64,000 nucleotides of DNA, taken from contig OZ024740.1 of NCBI GenBank assembly GCA_964016885.1, positions 146,940,001 to 147,004,000 on the forward strand. The letters are read 5' to 3'. This document shows positions 25,992-41,102 of this stretch, piece by piece. The DNA is from Eledone cirrhosa (Eukaryota). A model generated the notes under the pieces. It did not search any database, had not been told where the DNA came from, and saw nothing but the letters and a program-made list of their open reading frames with translations. Both the position numbers and the translations under genes were made by a program. Positions within the stretch are counted from its first letter, which is position 1. Each line of letters starts with the position of its first letter.

Positions 25992-26246
25992 AATATACTC
26001 CAAATATTTGTCGAGTGCTTTTATATCAGTTATAAATATTTACTAGTTGTAACCCAACAATTTAAATATAACTTTCCATATATATATATATATATATATT
26101 TATTTATTTATTAAAATAACAGATTAAAGTTTAAGCAAAGAATCGCTGCTTTCACCCTTAACGGGGGGGGGGGGTTCTTATATATTTGATATATATTTAT
26201 CCTTATCGAGCCCTCTTTGGATTTTAGTCTTCAAATTTATTATTAT

Positions 26247-26302
<56 letters not shown>

Positions 26303-26314
26303 TTAATATAGATG

Positions 26315-26365
26315 AGATTCTACAGGACTAGAACTGTTTCATTCATTAGAAATCATCAGGAATCT
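26315..26365 (-). ncRNA. Type I hammerhead motif (mirror of 28462-28512)
   Basis: Reverse complement of the plus-strand copy. Confidence 0.8.
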
Positions 26366-26968
26366 GGGTATCAAAAAATAAATATGGTATTTATAGGTCT
26401 CTACAAGTGGTAGGAGAGGGTGGGGAGTGGGATGGGTGCAGGTCATTGGTTGATAGAAAAGGGAATTCATTAAAAGCTAATTCTACAAAGCTATAGTTTA
26501 TTTTTATTTATTTATGTTTTTAGAGTAACAAGGGCAGACAGAATTCTATAAACAGGTTCCGGATGGCATACCATTCCTTGTCATTAAGTTTCTCTTAAGC
26601 TAACAGGTGTCTATAAAATCAGTGGGGGGTCAGTCATGGTCGATAGAATTAAAGAAAAGGGAGATTCTTTAAAAGCTAAAGTCATTAAGGTTCTACTAAG
26701 TGACAAAGGTCTAGAGAATTCTGCAGACAGATTCAAAATACTGAGTGCATATCTTACTATTATCTTCGAACTTCTCTTAAACTAATCAACTATATGCCAA
26801 AAATCAACAGACACATTCACAAAAAAACAAAAAACCACATACTCACTCACACACTTACGCGCAACCATAAACACACACACAAACACATATACACACATAA
26901 AAACACACACACATATATAAAAATATATATTCATGTACACACACATACATACACACATACACACATAC

Positions 26969-27039
<71 letters not shown>

Positions 27040-27243
27040 TATATACACATATATACACACACACATATATATATATACACATACACACACACATACACAT
27101 ACATACACACACACACACATATATACACAAATAAATACACTCACACGCATACATACAAACACAAATATACATGTGTATACATATACACACAAATACATAT
27201 AGACATATATACATACACATACACAGACACATATACACACACT

Positions 27244-27274
<31 letters not shown>

Positions 27275-27330
27275 ACACATACATACATACACATACATAT
27301 ATACACACACATACGCACACATATATATAC

Positions 27331-27400
<70 letters not shown>

Positions 27401-27417
27401 GTACACACATATACATG

Positions 27418-27449
<32 letters not shown>

Positions 27450-27776
27450 AAAACCCCATACACACACATATATATACATATACACACACATACACACATA
27501 TATATACACATATACATATATATATATACATCCATATATATAACCACATACATATATACATACATACACATACACATATATATATGTCTGTGTATGTGTA
27601 TGTATATATGTCTATATGTATTTGTGTGTATATGTATACACATGTATATTTGTGTTTGTATGTATGCGTGTGAGTGTATTTATTTGTGTATATATATGTG
27701 TGTGTGTGTGTATGTATGTGTATGTGTGTGTGTATGTGTATATATATATATGTGTGTGTGTATATATGTGTATATA

Positions 27777-27857
<81 letters not shown>

Positions 27858-28461
27858 GTGTGTGTGTATGTGTGTATGTATGTGTGTGTACATGAATATA
27901 TATTTTTATATATGTGTGTGTGTTTTTATGTGTGTATATGTGTTTGTGTGTGTGTTTATGGTTGCGTGTAAGTGTGTGAGTGAGTATGTGGTTTTTTTGT
28001 TTTTTTGTGAATGTGTCTGTTGATTTTTGGCATATAGTTGATTAGTTTAAGAGAAGTTCGAAGATAATAGTAAGATATGCACTCAGTATTTTGAATCTGT
28101 CTGCAGAATTCTCTAGACCTTTGTCACTTAGTAGAACCTTAATGACTTTAGCTTTTAAAGAATCTCCCTTTTCTTTAATTCTATCGACCATGACTGACCC
28201 CCCACTGATTTTATAGACACCTGTTAGCTTAAGAGAAACTTAATGACAAGGAATGGTATGCCATCCGGAACCTGTTTATAGAATTCTGTCTGCCCTTGTT
28301 ACTCTAAAAACATAAATAAATAAAAATAAACTATAGCTTTGTAGAATTAGCTTTTAATGAATTCCCTTTTCTATCAACCAATGACCTGCACCCATCCCAC
28401 TCCCCACCCTCTCCTACCACTTGTAGAGACCTATAAATACCATATTTATTTTTTGATACCC

Positions 28462-28512
28462 AGATTCCTGATGATTTCTAATGAATGAAACAGTTCTAGT
28501 CCTGTAGAATCT
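28462..28512 (+). ncRNA. Type I hammerhead motif
   Basis: AGATTC-CTGATGA-T TTC TAAT GAA T-GAAA-CAG TTCTAGTC CTG-TA-GAATCT; GUA cleavage triplet. Confidence 0.8.
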
Positions 28513-28595
28513 CATCTATATTAAAACTTTTATACTCTGCTATGTATTGAGTACCTTACTTACTGTGGTTACCTCCGATTCAACCCGGAATAACG

Positions 28596-28636
<41 letters not shown>

Positions 28637-29523
28637 ATATACATATGTATATACACATACATTTGTGTATGTGTTTTTATACGTGTGTATGAGTATTTGT
28701 GCATGTTTTTGTGTATGTGCGTGCATGTGTATGTATGTATGTGTGTATACACATATATATGTATATATATTTTATATACATATATATTTATGTAGAAGTT
28801 ATATTTAATTTGTTGGGATACAACAAGCAAATATTTTTATAACTGATATAAAGCACTCAACAAATTATTGGAGTAAAAATACAATATATTAACAAATGGA
28901 AACTATATTTATAAAACCATATTTATTTCATTATACATATTTCAAGGACACCAAAGCAAATTATGGTGCGCTTTCATCAGATAAAATATAATATAGATCA
29001 GTTTTATAAACAAATATTGACATACCCTTAAAGAATGCGACCATTTCTGTTGGAAGCTCCTGTATAAAGAAATAAATATGGTTTTATAAATATAGTTTCC
29101 ATTTGTTAATATATTGTATATATATATGCACAGCTCGTGTATTCGTTTATTTTTATTTGTTTTTTCCCCCCTCCTGTTACTTATCGTTGTCAACAGGTAT
29201 CTTTTATTTTTGACTTTGTATTTTTTGTTCTTATTCATTTATTTATTTATTCTTATTACTTTATGTATATGTATGTGTATGTATTTTGTCCATGCCTGTA
29301 GATACATATACCCTTATGTGACAAAGTTACGTCTACGTACTTTTTAAGTATATGCGCGTGGTTGAGTGTGTGTATGTTTATATATTTATTGTTTTTATAT
29401 ATACATATGTATTTTTTTCTTTTTTATTTTCTTCTCTTCTTCGCCCGTTGTTTCCTCAGCCTCACTTTTATATTACTTTTATTTTGTTTTCAAATCCATA
29501 TTTAATAAAAATACCATGTTTTA

Positions 29524-29581
29524 TTCATTCTGACGACTGAAAACAGATATGTTTGCTTTCAAGAAACCACTGGTAAGTGAA
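29524..29581 (+). ncRNA. Type I hammerhead motif (family of 22025-22082)
   Basis: TTCATT-CTGACGA-C TGAAA..TTTCA A-GAAA-CCACTGG-TA-AGTGAA. Confidence 0.75.
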
Positions 29582-29706
29582 ATAATTATCTTATGTTGTT
29601 TATTACATAACTAATAAGCTCTGTAGCCTACATAGAGCACTCTTTTTTTCCTGTACCTTTCCGACGGAATTACTTCATTCACACATATATATATAAATAT
29701 ATATAA

Positions 29707-29807
<101 letters not shown>

Positions 29808-29941
29808 TATTCAGGCTTGAGGTTTACCATTGTAAATTCCGTATGGTCAATCGTAATGCAATAATATAGAGAGTACTCAACGTAAGGCAGTTCAACCGTC
29901 TTTGTTTTTGTAGTTGGTGGTGCTATTACGGAGTTAAATAT

Positions 29942-30259
29942 TATAATGAAATGACAGGAGGCTGGATTTGTGTAAATCGTTGAAAGGTTTATTATACTAT
30001 GATTATTTCAATGACCGGGATCCGTATGAATCCGGTGATATCATCAGGTATTCGAAATATAATAAATGAATGTAACAGATAAAATCCATGGGGCTGAAAA
30101 TCGAGGGCCATGGATTTAATCTATTACATTCACGTATTATATTTCGAATACCTGATGATATCACCGGATTCATACGGAACCCGGTGGTCATTGAAATGAT
30201 CATAGTATAATAAACCTTTCAAGGATTTACACAAATCCAGCCTCCTGTCATTTCATTAT
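29942..30259. repeat. Fold-back element, about 150-bp arms, hammerhead in each arm (29994-30051 minus, 30148-30208 plus)
   Basis: Plus copy: ATAC-CTGATGA-TATCACCGG..CCGGTGGTCATT-GAAA-TGATCA-TA-GTAT. Confidence 0.85.
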
Positions 30260-30359
<100 letters not shown>

Positions 30360-30389
30360 AATATATATAAATATATATATATATATATA

Positions 30390-30536
<147 letters not shown>

Positions 30537-30594
30537 AAATGGAAAAAATGAAATGAAATTTCATTTCTCACTCTTTATATATATATATTTATAT

Positions 30595-30673
<79 letters not shown>

Positions 30674-30677
30674 TATA

Positions 30678-31679
30678 TCTTTATATATATAAAATTAAGT
30701 ATGCGCATGTGTGTCTGTGTATTACCTATAGGGGCCTACATCTTACGACCGATTTTCATGAAACTTTACAGGCTCATAGATTAGTCACCGGGAGTGTTTT
30801 CTATATATCAGCGTATCGTTTTTTTTTTTTTATTATTCCGGTGTCATTCTGCAGATAAAAATCGATAGGGCGGTCACCTTTTTTTAGGTATCGTAAAATA
30901 AGATTTTTGGCTCTAGCTACACATTTTGCCACCGATTTCGTTCAAATTTTAAAGCAAAATAGAATTTATGATTCCACATCCTCTAATGGCTTTATATTTT
31001 GCATTTGTTCTTCAGGGACGGCGTGGCAGCCGCTTAAATATTCAAAATACCACTTTACCACTTTTAGACTCAAATTTCCACTTTTTCGGCTCTAGCTCCC
31101 ACATTAATCAACCTACTTTGTTCAAATTTTACACTACGCTGGATCTGATCTTAAAGTGGCTTTACATTTTGGATTTTTTGTTCAGGAACGGCGTGGCAGC
31201 CGCTTAAATATTTGAAAATACACCTTTTCGCTCAAATTTCGGCTCTAGCTCCCACATTTTTCAATCGATTTCGTTCAAATTCGAAACTTCGGCTCCACCT
31301 CACACATAAATCAATTTATTTGGTTCAACTTTTATATTACGATAGAACCTATCATTGCACATATTATAGATGGTCAAAGGCAAAATGATGGCCACTGACG
31401 ACGTCTGAGCTTTTAGTTGTGTATTTGAGAATTCATCGGTTTTCAATCAAGTAGCGTGAGGAAATTTGGTTTAGTGCTAGAGGTCATTACCTCCCTCCCC
31501 CACCATGCCCCTTCGTCAGTCACTCGCGTTTCTCAGTGAGAGAGGTCATCACCACCCACTCCAACATGACCTGTGTGTGGCCATAGATGAGTCATCGAGA
31601 AGCAGTCGCTAAGATCAACACCTTTTCATCAAAGCAGATATTATTTTACCTACCCAGGCAACACTGGGTACTGTTGCTA

Positions 31680-31680
<1 letters not shown>
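30678..31680 (+). mobile_element. Non-autonomous Helitron (about 1.0 kb)
   Basis: A|TC 5' end followed by ATATATATAAAA; subterminal hairpin TACCCAG-GCAACA-CTGGGTA; CTAG|T 3' end; internal direct repeats (ggctctagct.c.cacatt). Confidence 0.8.
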
Positions 31681-31710
<30 letters not shown>

Positions 31711-31718
<8 letters not shown>

Positions 31719-32170
31719 CAAGGTCTAGCAAATAGAGAAAAAGTTTTAAAATAAATTAAAAAAAATTCGCTGTACTTACTATATGTGCCTTTACCGCGGT
31801 TTCAAGCTCCAGAATAAACGGAAAATCCAAGCGGACTTCCATTGAGAAGGGAGCTATCTTCAGAAGGCTCTTCTCCCTCGGAGAATATAAAATTCCCGAG
31901 TTCAAATCACAAACTGACGCCATACAAAACCATTCCCAAATGAGAGCGAATGATGAAAGAAATAATTCTGTCTGGTGCCGTGTGCAAAGACAAAAGGCAG
32001 GGTCGTCAGGTCAATGTCCTGCCACTAGAAATAGCAGCAGTCCAAACAGCCCAAATTTTATCTCTATTCTGGAGCTTGAAACCGCGTTAAAGGCACATAT
32101 AGTAAGTACAGCGAATTTTTTAAATTCTATTTTAAAACTTTTTCTCTATTTGCTAGACCTTGATTTTATA
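31711..32170. repeat. Fold-back element, about 105-bp arms (31711-31816 / 32065-32170)
   Basis: tataaaatcaaggtctagcaaatagag... versus ...ctctatttgctagaccttgattttata. Confidence 0.88.
31787..31868 (-). ncRNA. Type I hammerhead motif
   Basis: Minus strand: GCCTT-CTGAAGA-T AGCTCC..GGAGCT T-GAAA-CCGCGG-TA-AAGGC. Confidence 0.85.
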
Positions 32171-32276
32171 TGTTCTGGCTTGTTAATTTATTAACCCGCC
32201 ATAGAACCACATTGGCATAGGGTTGGATAATACTTGTTTCCCTATATGTATTTTTTACACGTAGGAATTCATACTT

Positions 32277-32325
<49 letters not shown>

Positions 32326-32374
32326 TATATATATATAAAATATATATATATATAAATATATATATATTTATATA

Positions 32375-32668
32375 AACAAATAGTAGAAAGGAAAAAGATT
32401 TTTCAGTAGAAAATGCTGAAGAGATTCTTTCAGTGTAATATCAAAACATTAATTTATTTACAAAGTGGATATTTCCGCATTTAATATACCAGTTTCAGCA
32501 TTATATGCATTGTCAATTGTGGATATGCATAATATTGTTAAGTTGCATATTTATACAAATAATAATAATAATAATAACAGAGAAAGAAGGAGAGACACGA
32601 CAGAAAAATGAATTCTTCTCTCTAAATATGTATGTGAAAATCAATTTTTCTTCCCCTTATTATTATTT

Positions 32669-32699
<31 letters not shown>

Positions 32700-32792
32700 T
32701 TGTATAAATATGCAACTTAACAATATTATGCATATCCGCAATTGACAATGCATATAATGCTGAAAAAATCTTTTTCCTTTCTACTATTTGTT
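32375..32792. repeat. Fold-back element with an indel between arms
   Basis: 32493-32578 mirrors about 32670-32764; 32375-32403 mirrors 32765-32792. Confidence 0.75.
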
Positions 32793-32963
32793 TTTATATA
32801 TATCAACTCATGTGTTACTTTTCTACATTCGATATATATAACGCCAGCATCAACAGTTTTCCAAGAGATGTCAACATGAATGGACCTGTTATTTTTATCT
32901 AAAGACATTTTTTCCAATTCCACCCTCACCTGTCCCTTCAATCTATCTTATTTCTCCTTCTTC

Positions 32964-32997
32964 CTTCTGATGAAGGACTAACGTCCGAAGCGTTAAG
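32964..32997 (+). ncRNA. Degenerate minimal hammerhead of the Penelope pLTR type
   Basis: CTT-CTGATGA-A-GGAC TAAC GTCC-GAAG (for GAAA)-CG-TT-AAG. Confidence 0.55.
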
Positions 32998-33271
32998 ACC
33001 CTCTTCCTGCTATTTCAAGCGTTAATCTAATATATCCTTCCATATACTGTACCAATTGTGTTGTTATTTCTGTTTGCCTTATATATATATATATATATAT
33101 AACGAAGGAAATGTGGTAAGGAACCAGGTGGACCATAACGCACCAAAGTACTCAAACGGCTTGACCTCAGCCGTCGGGGTCTTACTGGTTCCTATATATA
33201 GTGGTGGAACACTGGAAGGTAATATCCGTAGTGGTAGAGCACTCAGTCCATGGGACGAGTTAGGTAGAAGT

Positions 33272-34545
33272 GGTTACACAACAGTTAGTTCACCATACCT
33301 AGAACAATTGTTTCACCTTAGCGGATCGTAATGGGCATGGTTATAGGAACAGGAAGGACAACCGTACGAACGCGCATGCGCAGGAACCCGGTCACCTCAC
33401 ACAGGCAATACTAGAATGCGTGCGAGAGGTGTAAGGGAGATAACTGCGAAAGTCCGAAAATTTTTAGTTGAAAATAAAATTACAAGGAATCAGTCCGGAG
33501 CTTTGTAGTTATGCAATAGGTGTTTGGCGACGTGTGGACAACGTGTGAAGAATTCATTTCTCGTGTTTAGGCAATCACTATTGCGTAATCTCTTTAGAAT
33601 AGTTATTCGCTCGTCAATACATAAGCCACACGTCGAATTTCCCCTTGCATATGGCTTGGACTTAGTGATGGCTTCCATTGGATGGAGTAGTCTATACTTG
33701 AGTCCTTGAGGGACCATACGTGGCTCGCGAGTTTCGAGGATGAACGTCTGTCCGGGTACCTGAAGGCAGACTGGTGGTTCAGGAAACGTTCCTTAAATCG
33801 GCCCTCCATCATGCCCACATAGGATTTGACCTCCTGTGGTTCGTTTGGTCGGTTGGAAGTGACCACAGCTTCATAAATTATAGCTGGTGTGTTACATTGC
33901 TGTTGAAGGGGGAAAGCTTCGGGCTTACGGCAAGAGCACCCTGGTGGGGTGTTGCTCCTAGGGCTGTTGGTGATGTGGGTCTTCATGTTCTTAGCGCAGG
34001 AGTATCCTAGTTTAACTTTGTGTCGGTTAAAGATGGAGCGGTATTTATGACCTATGGGGAAGTGTCTATCTAAGAGGGCTAGAAATATTTTTCCTACATT
34101 GGTTTTAACGTTGAGTGAGAAGGGAGGAGAGAACCAGATAGTTTGTCTATTGTTGCGCTTACTTTTCTTAATGGTGTTGTTGCTAGTGGGAGAGTAGGTG
34201 ATAGGTTGTGAGAAGCCGTTGTTAGCCAACGCCGTGTTATAGCAGGGTGCCGCCTTGTCAAAGATAGCCATATTAGAGGAGAGGTTTGAGATTCTAGTAC
34301 TGATATTCTTAACGAAGTTTCTAAAAACAGTGGGAGGGTGGCATGAGTCCTTGTGAATGTAATTGAGTTTCTCGTTTAGCTTATGGAAGGGTCTGTGGGT
34401 GTGTGTGCGAAGGTCTAAATTAATGTTTAAGAAATCTACGCTAGAGGGGTTGGTGGCTACTGTTATTCTAAGTCCTAACGCATTGAGGATCCGCTAAGGT
34501 GAAACAATTGTTCTCGGTATGGTGAACTAACTGTTGTGTAACCGC
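33272..34545 (-). mobile_element. 5'-truncated Penelope-like element (end of RT, Cys linker, GIY-YIG) with an inverted terminal segment
   Basis: WFSPPFSLNVKTNVGKIFL, LGYSC, IIYEAVV..SYVGMMEGRFKERF.NH, CGLCIDER..LNTRNE..CPH. 33272-33327 is inverted at 34488-34543. Confidence 0.88.
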
Positions 34546-34546
34546 T

Positions 34547-34585
<39 letters not shown>

Positions 34586-34591
<6 letters not shown>

Positions 34592-34765
34592 GAAATGGCT
34601 TCTACAGGACTAGAACTGTTTCATTCGGAGGAAATCCTGATGATTTCCTCCGAATGAAACAGTTCTAGTCCTGTAGAAGCCATTTCTATATTAAATTACT
34701 TTTACTCTGCTATGTATTGAGTACCTTACTTACTGTGGTTATCCCCGATTTAACCCGGGATCTAC
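34586..34765 (+). repeat. Perfect ~51-bp-arm hairpin (34586-34692) centred on a hammerhead core, plus family tail
   Basis: cggaggaaatc-CTGAT-gatttcctccg at the centre; the tail matches 28530-28590. Confidence 0.88.
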
Positions 34766-34782
34766 ATATATATATATATACA

Positions 34783-36045
34783 CAGGGGTTGGAGAACATA
34801 ATGGAAACACCTAGCATCATAATTTTGAAATATCTATAAAACCGTCAAAAGCTTGTTTATTTGTTTTGTTTTATTTATTATTAGTGTTGCTTAATATGTT
34901 TTGTTAAAATTGCTGTTTCTTTTCAGATATCATCAGAAAAAGGTAATTAAAATTCATTAAAATGACAGATCTATCGGACTTTCAAAGAGGTCAAATTGTT
35001 GGTGCTCGTATGGCAGGCGCTAGCGTAACGAAAACAGCCGAAATGTTTGGTGTATCAAGAAGTACTGTCTCGAAAGTAATGACAGCCTTTGAGAAAGAGG
35101 GAAAACCTCCTCGTCGAAACAAAACTCCGGAATAAAACCAAAACATTCAGATAGGGACCGTCGGACTCTTACGCGAATTTTTAGAAAGGATCACAAAAGT
35201 ACAGCTCCCAAAATTACTGCAGAACTTAATGACCACTTCGAGAACCCAGTTTCCACAAAAACTGTTCGCCGGGAGCTGCACAAAGCCGGATTTCACGGTA
35301 GGGCTGCAATCAGAAAACCACTACTTTCAAAAACAAACGTTGCAAAGCGTTTAGAGTGGAGTAAAAACCTACAGAATTGGTCCTTAAAGCAGTGGAAGAA
35401 TGTTATTTTCTCGGACGAATCATCCTTTACCTTATTTCCGACTACCGGCCGAGTATACGTGTGGAGACAGCCAAAAGAAGCATTTGACCCAGACTGCCTT
35501 CTTCCAACTGTTAAACATGGAGGGGGATCTGTGATGATCTGGAGGGGCTATATCTTGGAAATCCGCCGGCCCAATGGTTTCCCTTCATGGCAGAATTAAT
35601 AGTCAAGACTATTTAAGCATTTTATCTGATCAAATTCATCCTATGATTGCGGAACTGTTTCCGAAGCGAAACGCAATCTTTCAGGATGATAATGGACCAA
35701 TTCACACAGCTAAAGTTGTTACTGAATGGCACGAGGAACATTCTAGCGAAGTTGAACATCTTATCTTGCCACCACAGTCCCCAGATCTCAATATTATTGA
35801 ACATTTATGGTGCATTTTAGAAAAACAAGTAAGGAGTCGATATCTTCCACCATCATCACTACAAGAATTGGAGACTGTTTTAGCTGAAGAATGGACAACA
35901 ATTCCTTTGGAAACAATTCAAAATTTGTACGAGTCCATACCTCGTAGAATTCAAGCTGTAATTACTGCCAAAGGCGGTCCTATCCCATCTTAAAATTTTA
36001 AACAAATTTATTTTAATGTGTTTCCATTATTTTGTCCAACCCCTG
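34783..36045 (+). mobile_element. Full-length Tc1-like DNA transposon (1263 bp), DD36E spacing, frameshifted transposase
   Basis: TIRs CAGGGGTTGGA.AA.ATAATGGAAACAC / GTGTTTCCATTATTTTGTCCAACCCCTG in a TA context. ORF from ATG 34962 (MTDLSDFQRGQIVGAR) through FSDES, FQDDNGPIH and SPDLNIIE to stop 35993. Confidence 0.92.
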
Positions 36046-36066
36046 TATATGATATTTATAAATATG

Positions 36067-36501
36067 ATGGCTGCAAATTCTACTAAGTGTATTGCAATCG
36101 CTTGTCAGATTACAGAAAATGGTACACTTTTAGGCTACGGCCAGCCACACGAACCTGTAACAGATCCTGAACAAGCAATGCCTTCGCTTTGAAGGGTTTT
36201 TTTTTAAAGTGGGGAAGGCCTTGCACTCGACCAATCCCACTCTTTGAACATCGAAAACACTACCCGGAAAGGAGAACTGGTCAACATCATTAGATGCTTC
36301 CGAAGCCGCAGGTTTTTTTTTAGGGTTTTTTTTTTTTTCAGAGTTTCCCTCTCCTTGAAAGGTGTTGTAGCGACAACTGGGGGCCAGGCAAAAAAAAATG
36401 TTATATCTGGATGGCCGTTGACTCTGCCGAGTTCCTCCGCCCCGACCATGAGACAGGTTGTACTGGGTTACATGTTACCAGTAGCACTCGTGAGCGACCT
36501 G
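36067..36501 (-). mobile_element. Second, deleted copy of the 14596-15123 element
   Basis: Reverse-complement similarity at both ends. Confidence 0.7.
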
Positions 36502-36988
36502 TACATACATATATATATATATATGAGGATGGCTGCCCCCTCGTTATCGAGTATGGTCATTGCACGATATACCATTATTAATAATTAGAGGTTGACTTTG
36601 CCTTTCATCCTTACGGGGTCGATAAAATAAAGTACCAGTAATGCACTGGGTAATTGCTGGCCTTGTGCCTAAAGTAGAAACAATTAATTAATTCTATCGT
36701 GCAATGCCTGTGCGTGGAGATGTTTATTAAAGTGAGGAAAGACTGTGCACTGAGCCAATCCCACTCTCTGAGCGACAGTAGCTATAACCGGAAAAGAAGA
36801 AAAGATGAACATCATCAGTAACTACTGAGCCGCAGGTTTTATATCGGAGTTATCCCAGTTTCCTGAGTTGCCTTCTCCTATGTATATACACATGTACATA
36901 TGCATGTATATGTATATAAACATGGGTGCATGTTTATGTATATGCGTGGGGACATAGAAATAGTCGGGCTGGACACCCGATCGCGCGG

Positions 36989-38669
<1,681 letters not shown>

Positions 38670-39454
38670 ATGTTTGCTTGAAAATATATTGAAATATTTT
38701 TTCTTGATTCATCAGTAAAATATATAAAAGGGGGATTTAGGTTCTCTTTGTATCCTTCTAAAATATAATAAGTTGTATGATTTGAAGAAGATTTGGCTGA
38801 TGCGTTTAGCATTTTCTTTTATATAAATTTCAATGTTTGGTTGCCGTTTCCAGCATTGTTGTTGACCAAATAGATGTCCACAAGCAGGGTCGAAAGTTTC
38901 ATATCGACCGTGATATTTACCTGAGTTTTCTAAAATAGTAACATCAATTATTTTGTTCATAACTTTCATGACAATTTATATTTTTTATTGAAATTTTATA
39001 GAGATACTTATTAAAGTGTGTAGATTACAGGTCTGGAAATCTTATATAATAATTGTCGTTTAGTGTACGCCCGTGTGTCAGTCCATGAGATGAATTAGTT
39101 AAAAGAAAGGAAGGGGATGGTGAAAAAAACTACGGCAAAAACAGCGCTCTTTGTGAGTGCATGTGTATGTTATGGTCGGGTTAACTCAAGAGTGGAGTAA
39201 CTGCTTTTTCTAGCAAATTCAATATTCACTTTCTGTCCACCTTACTACCCATCTGTGACCATTGTATCATGTATTAATTTCTCCCTTCGCACCCTGTGAT
39301 ATTTTCACTTGCTACAAAGAGAACAGTCCTTTTATCCGACCGATGTATTACGTGTTAATTCCTCCTTCCGCCTATAGAGATCTTCTCACTTGCTACAAAC
39401 ATGCCGGGAAAACAGTCCTTATTTCTGAGGTGTCTCTTGAAAAGCTGATGGGCC

Positions 39455-39504
39455 TCACAACGATGGTGCATTTCTATAATGCACAATTGTTGTATATGGA
39501 TCAG
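39455..39504 (-). CDS. Possible terminal coding exon (phase 1, ..DPYTTIVHYRNAPSL*)
   Basis: Minus strand has a T-rich tract then TTTAG|CT GAT CCA..TTG TGA. Non-repetitive context and phase-compatible with exon 54258-54419. Speculative. Confidence 0.25.
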
Positions 39505-39761
39505 CTAAATTGCGCAGTTGAAGAAAAAAATAGGTATATTTTTGTCTATTATTTCTTTCTATATATATATAAGCAACGGGAGTTGAGATTTTAAACTTTC
39601 TCTCTACCAAAACACACGCACTGAATCTACTATTAACTAATATGTGCACGCTGAACAGCTGATTGCAGTTACATTACTGCAATTTGGCAGATTCATTGAG
39701 TGAGATAGGTATTGGCTGCAGAACATTGACTTAATACCAGCGATCTTTGTTACTTTTATAT

Positions 39762-40232
39762 TATCATTTTACGTCCGTTTTTCCCTACTTGCAAGGGTGG
39801 GACGGATCCTATTAAGCACAGCATCTCTCCATTCATCACGGTCCTTCGTCATCACCTCGGTGAGCTTCAGCGATCTGAGGTCAGCTCTCACCACCCCCGC
39901 CTATGATTTTCCTGGTCTTCCTCTACTGCGTCTTCCTTCAACTGGCATTTCTTGGCACTTCTTTACACAGCGGTCATCCTCCATGCGCATCAAATGTCCA
40001 TACCAATGCAGTCTTCTCTCCTGCACACTACAACTTATCCCTCTCATACACAGTTTCTCTCTCAACATGTCTATGCTTGGTCATTCACGCACATTGACAT
40101 TGCACATCCATCAGAGCATGCTTGCTTCATTTCTCTCCAGCCGTCGCATATCCTCTGCAGTTGCTGCCCATGCCTCACTACCGTGCAGCATTGTGCATGT
40201 CACACAGGCATCATATAACTGGTCTTTTATTC
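39762..40232 (-). mobile_element. RTE-like LINE 3' fragment
   Basis: LYDACV..MLHGSEAWA..DMRRLERNEASML; tail cccttgcaagtagggaaaaacggacgtaaaatgat. Confidence 0.8.
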
Positions 40233-41102
40233 GTATATTATATCTATATATAATATAAAAGAAAAATGGCCATTGGTTGGTTGGCCGAACCGCATGAAAA
40301 AAATACATACGTGTGTGTGTGTGTGCGTGTGTGAACAACTTATTAAAACATTTCTTCAAACAGATTTAAGTAATAAATAACTGCCATAGAATATTTTATT
40401 AGCATTGCTTTATTAAACAATTTATTTTTAGAAACATAAGAACTGAATTTATAAGAAGCATCAATATATTTTTTTTACTATGAAAAATTGTCTAATAGGT
40501 TGTGTATACAAACCTTGGAAACAGAAACAAATTGTACAGCGATGCTCACCATTTATATACCCAACTTAGACTTCTTTTCATTGTAAAAACACGCTGATGC
40601 CTCTAACTTACAAGTTCTTTTATTAGATGTATTTAAAATACATATATGCATACACACGTGAACACACATGTTCAATTTTATTTTAGATTCATATAATATA
40701 CATATGGTTTTATTAGGTTTATTTATAAAAAAACATTTTTTTTAATGATGATTAGCTTTAATTAATTAGTTAATGAAACAAATGAAGATGTCATGTAATT
40801 GCTCTTATGTAGTTGTCAATCTTATATTTGTGACTTTCAAATATGAAATATGCAAATGAACAGCCAATTAGTCTAATCCCAACATCTACTATATGACTGA
40901 ATTTTAGCCTTAACCATTTCATTCTAATCAGTAAAACCTGAAAAGCTAAACATACATCTAAAACATTTCTGGGACTGAATTATTAAACTCAATATATTGC
41001 TCTATTAATTAGCAACATCATTAAATCATCAGAATTTGGAAACTGTGTCAAATTAGAATATTTAAAAACCCTTACTAATTCAAGACCAAACAAACTTCAT
41101 CA

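Larger units (their letters stand above)
26300..28527. repeat. 2.2-kb inverted repeat (arms about 26300-27228 / 27585-28527) with a hammerhead near each outer end
   Basis: gttttaatatagatgagattctacagg... versus ...cctgtagaatctcatctatattaaaac; internal microsatellites are mirrored too. Confidence 0.92.
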
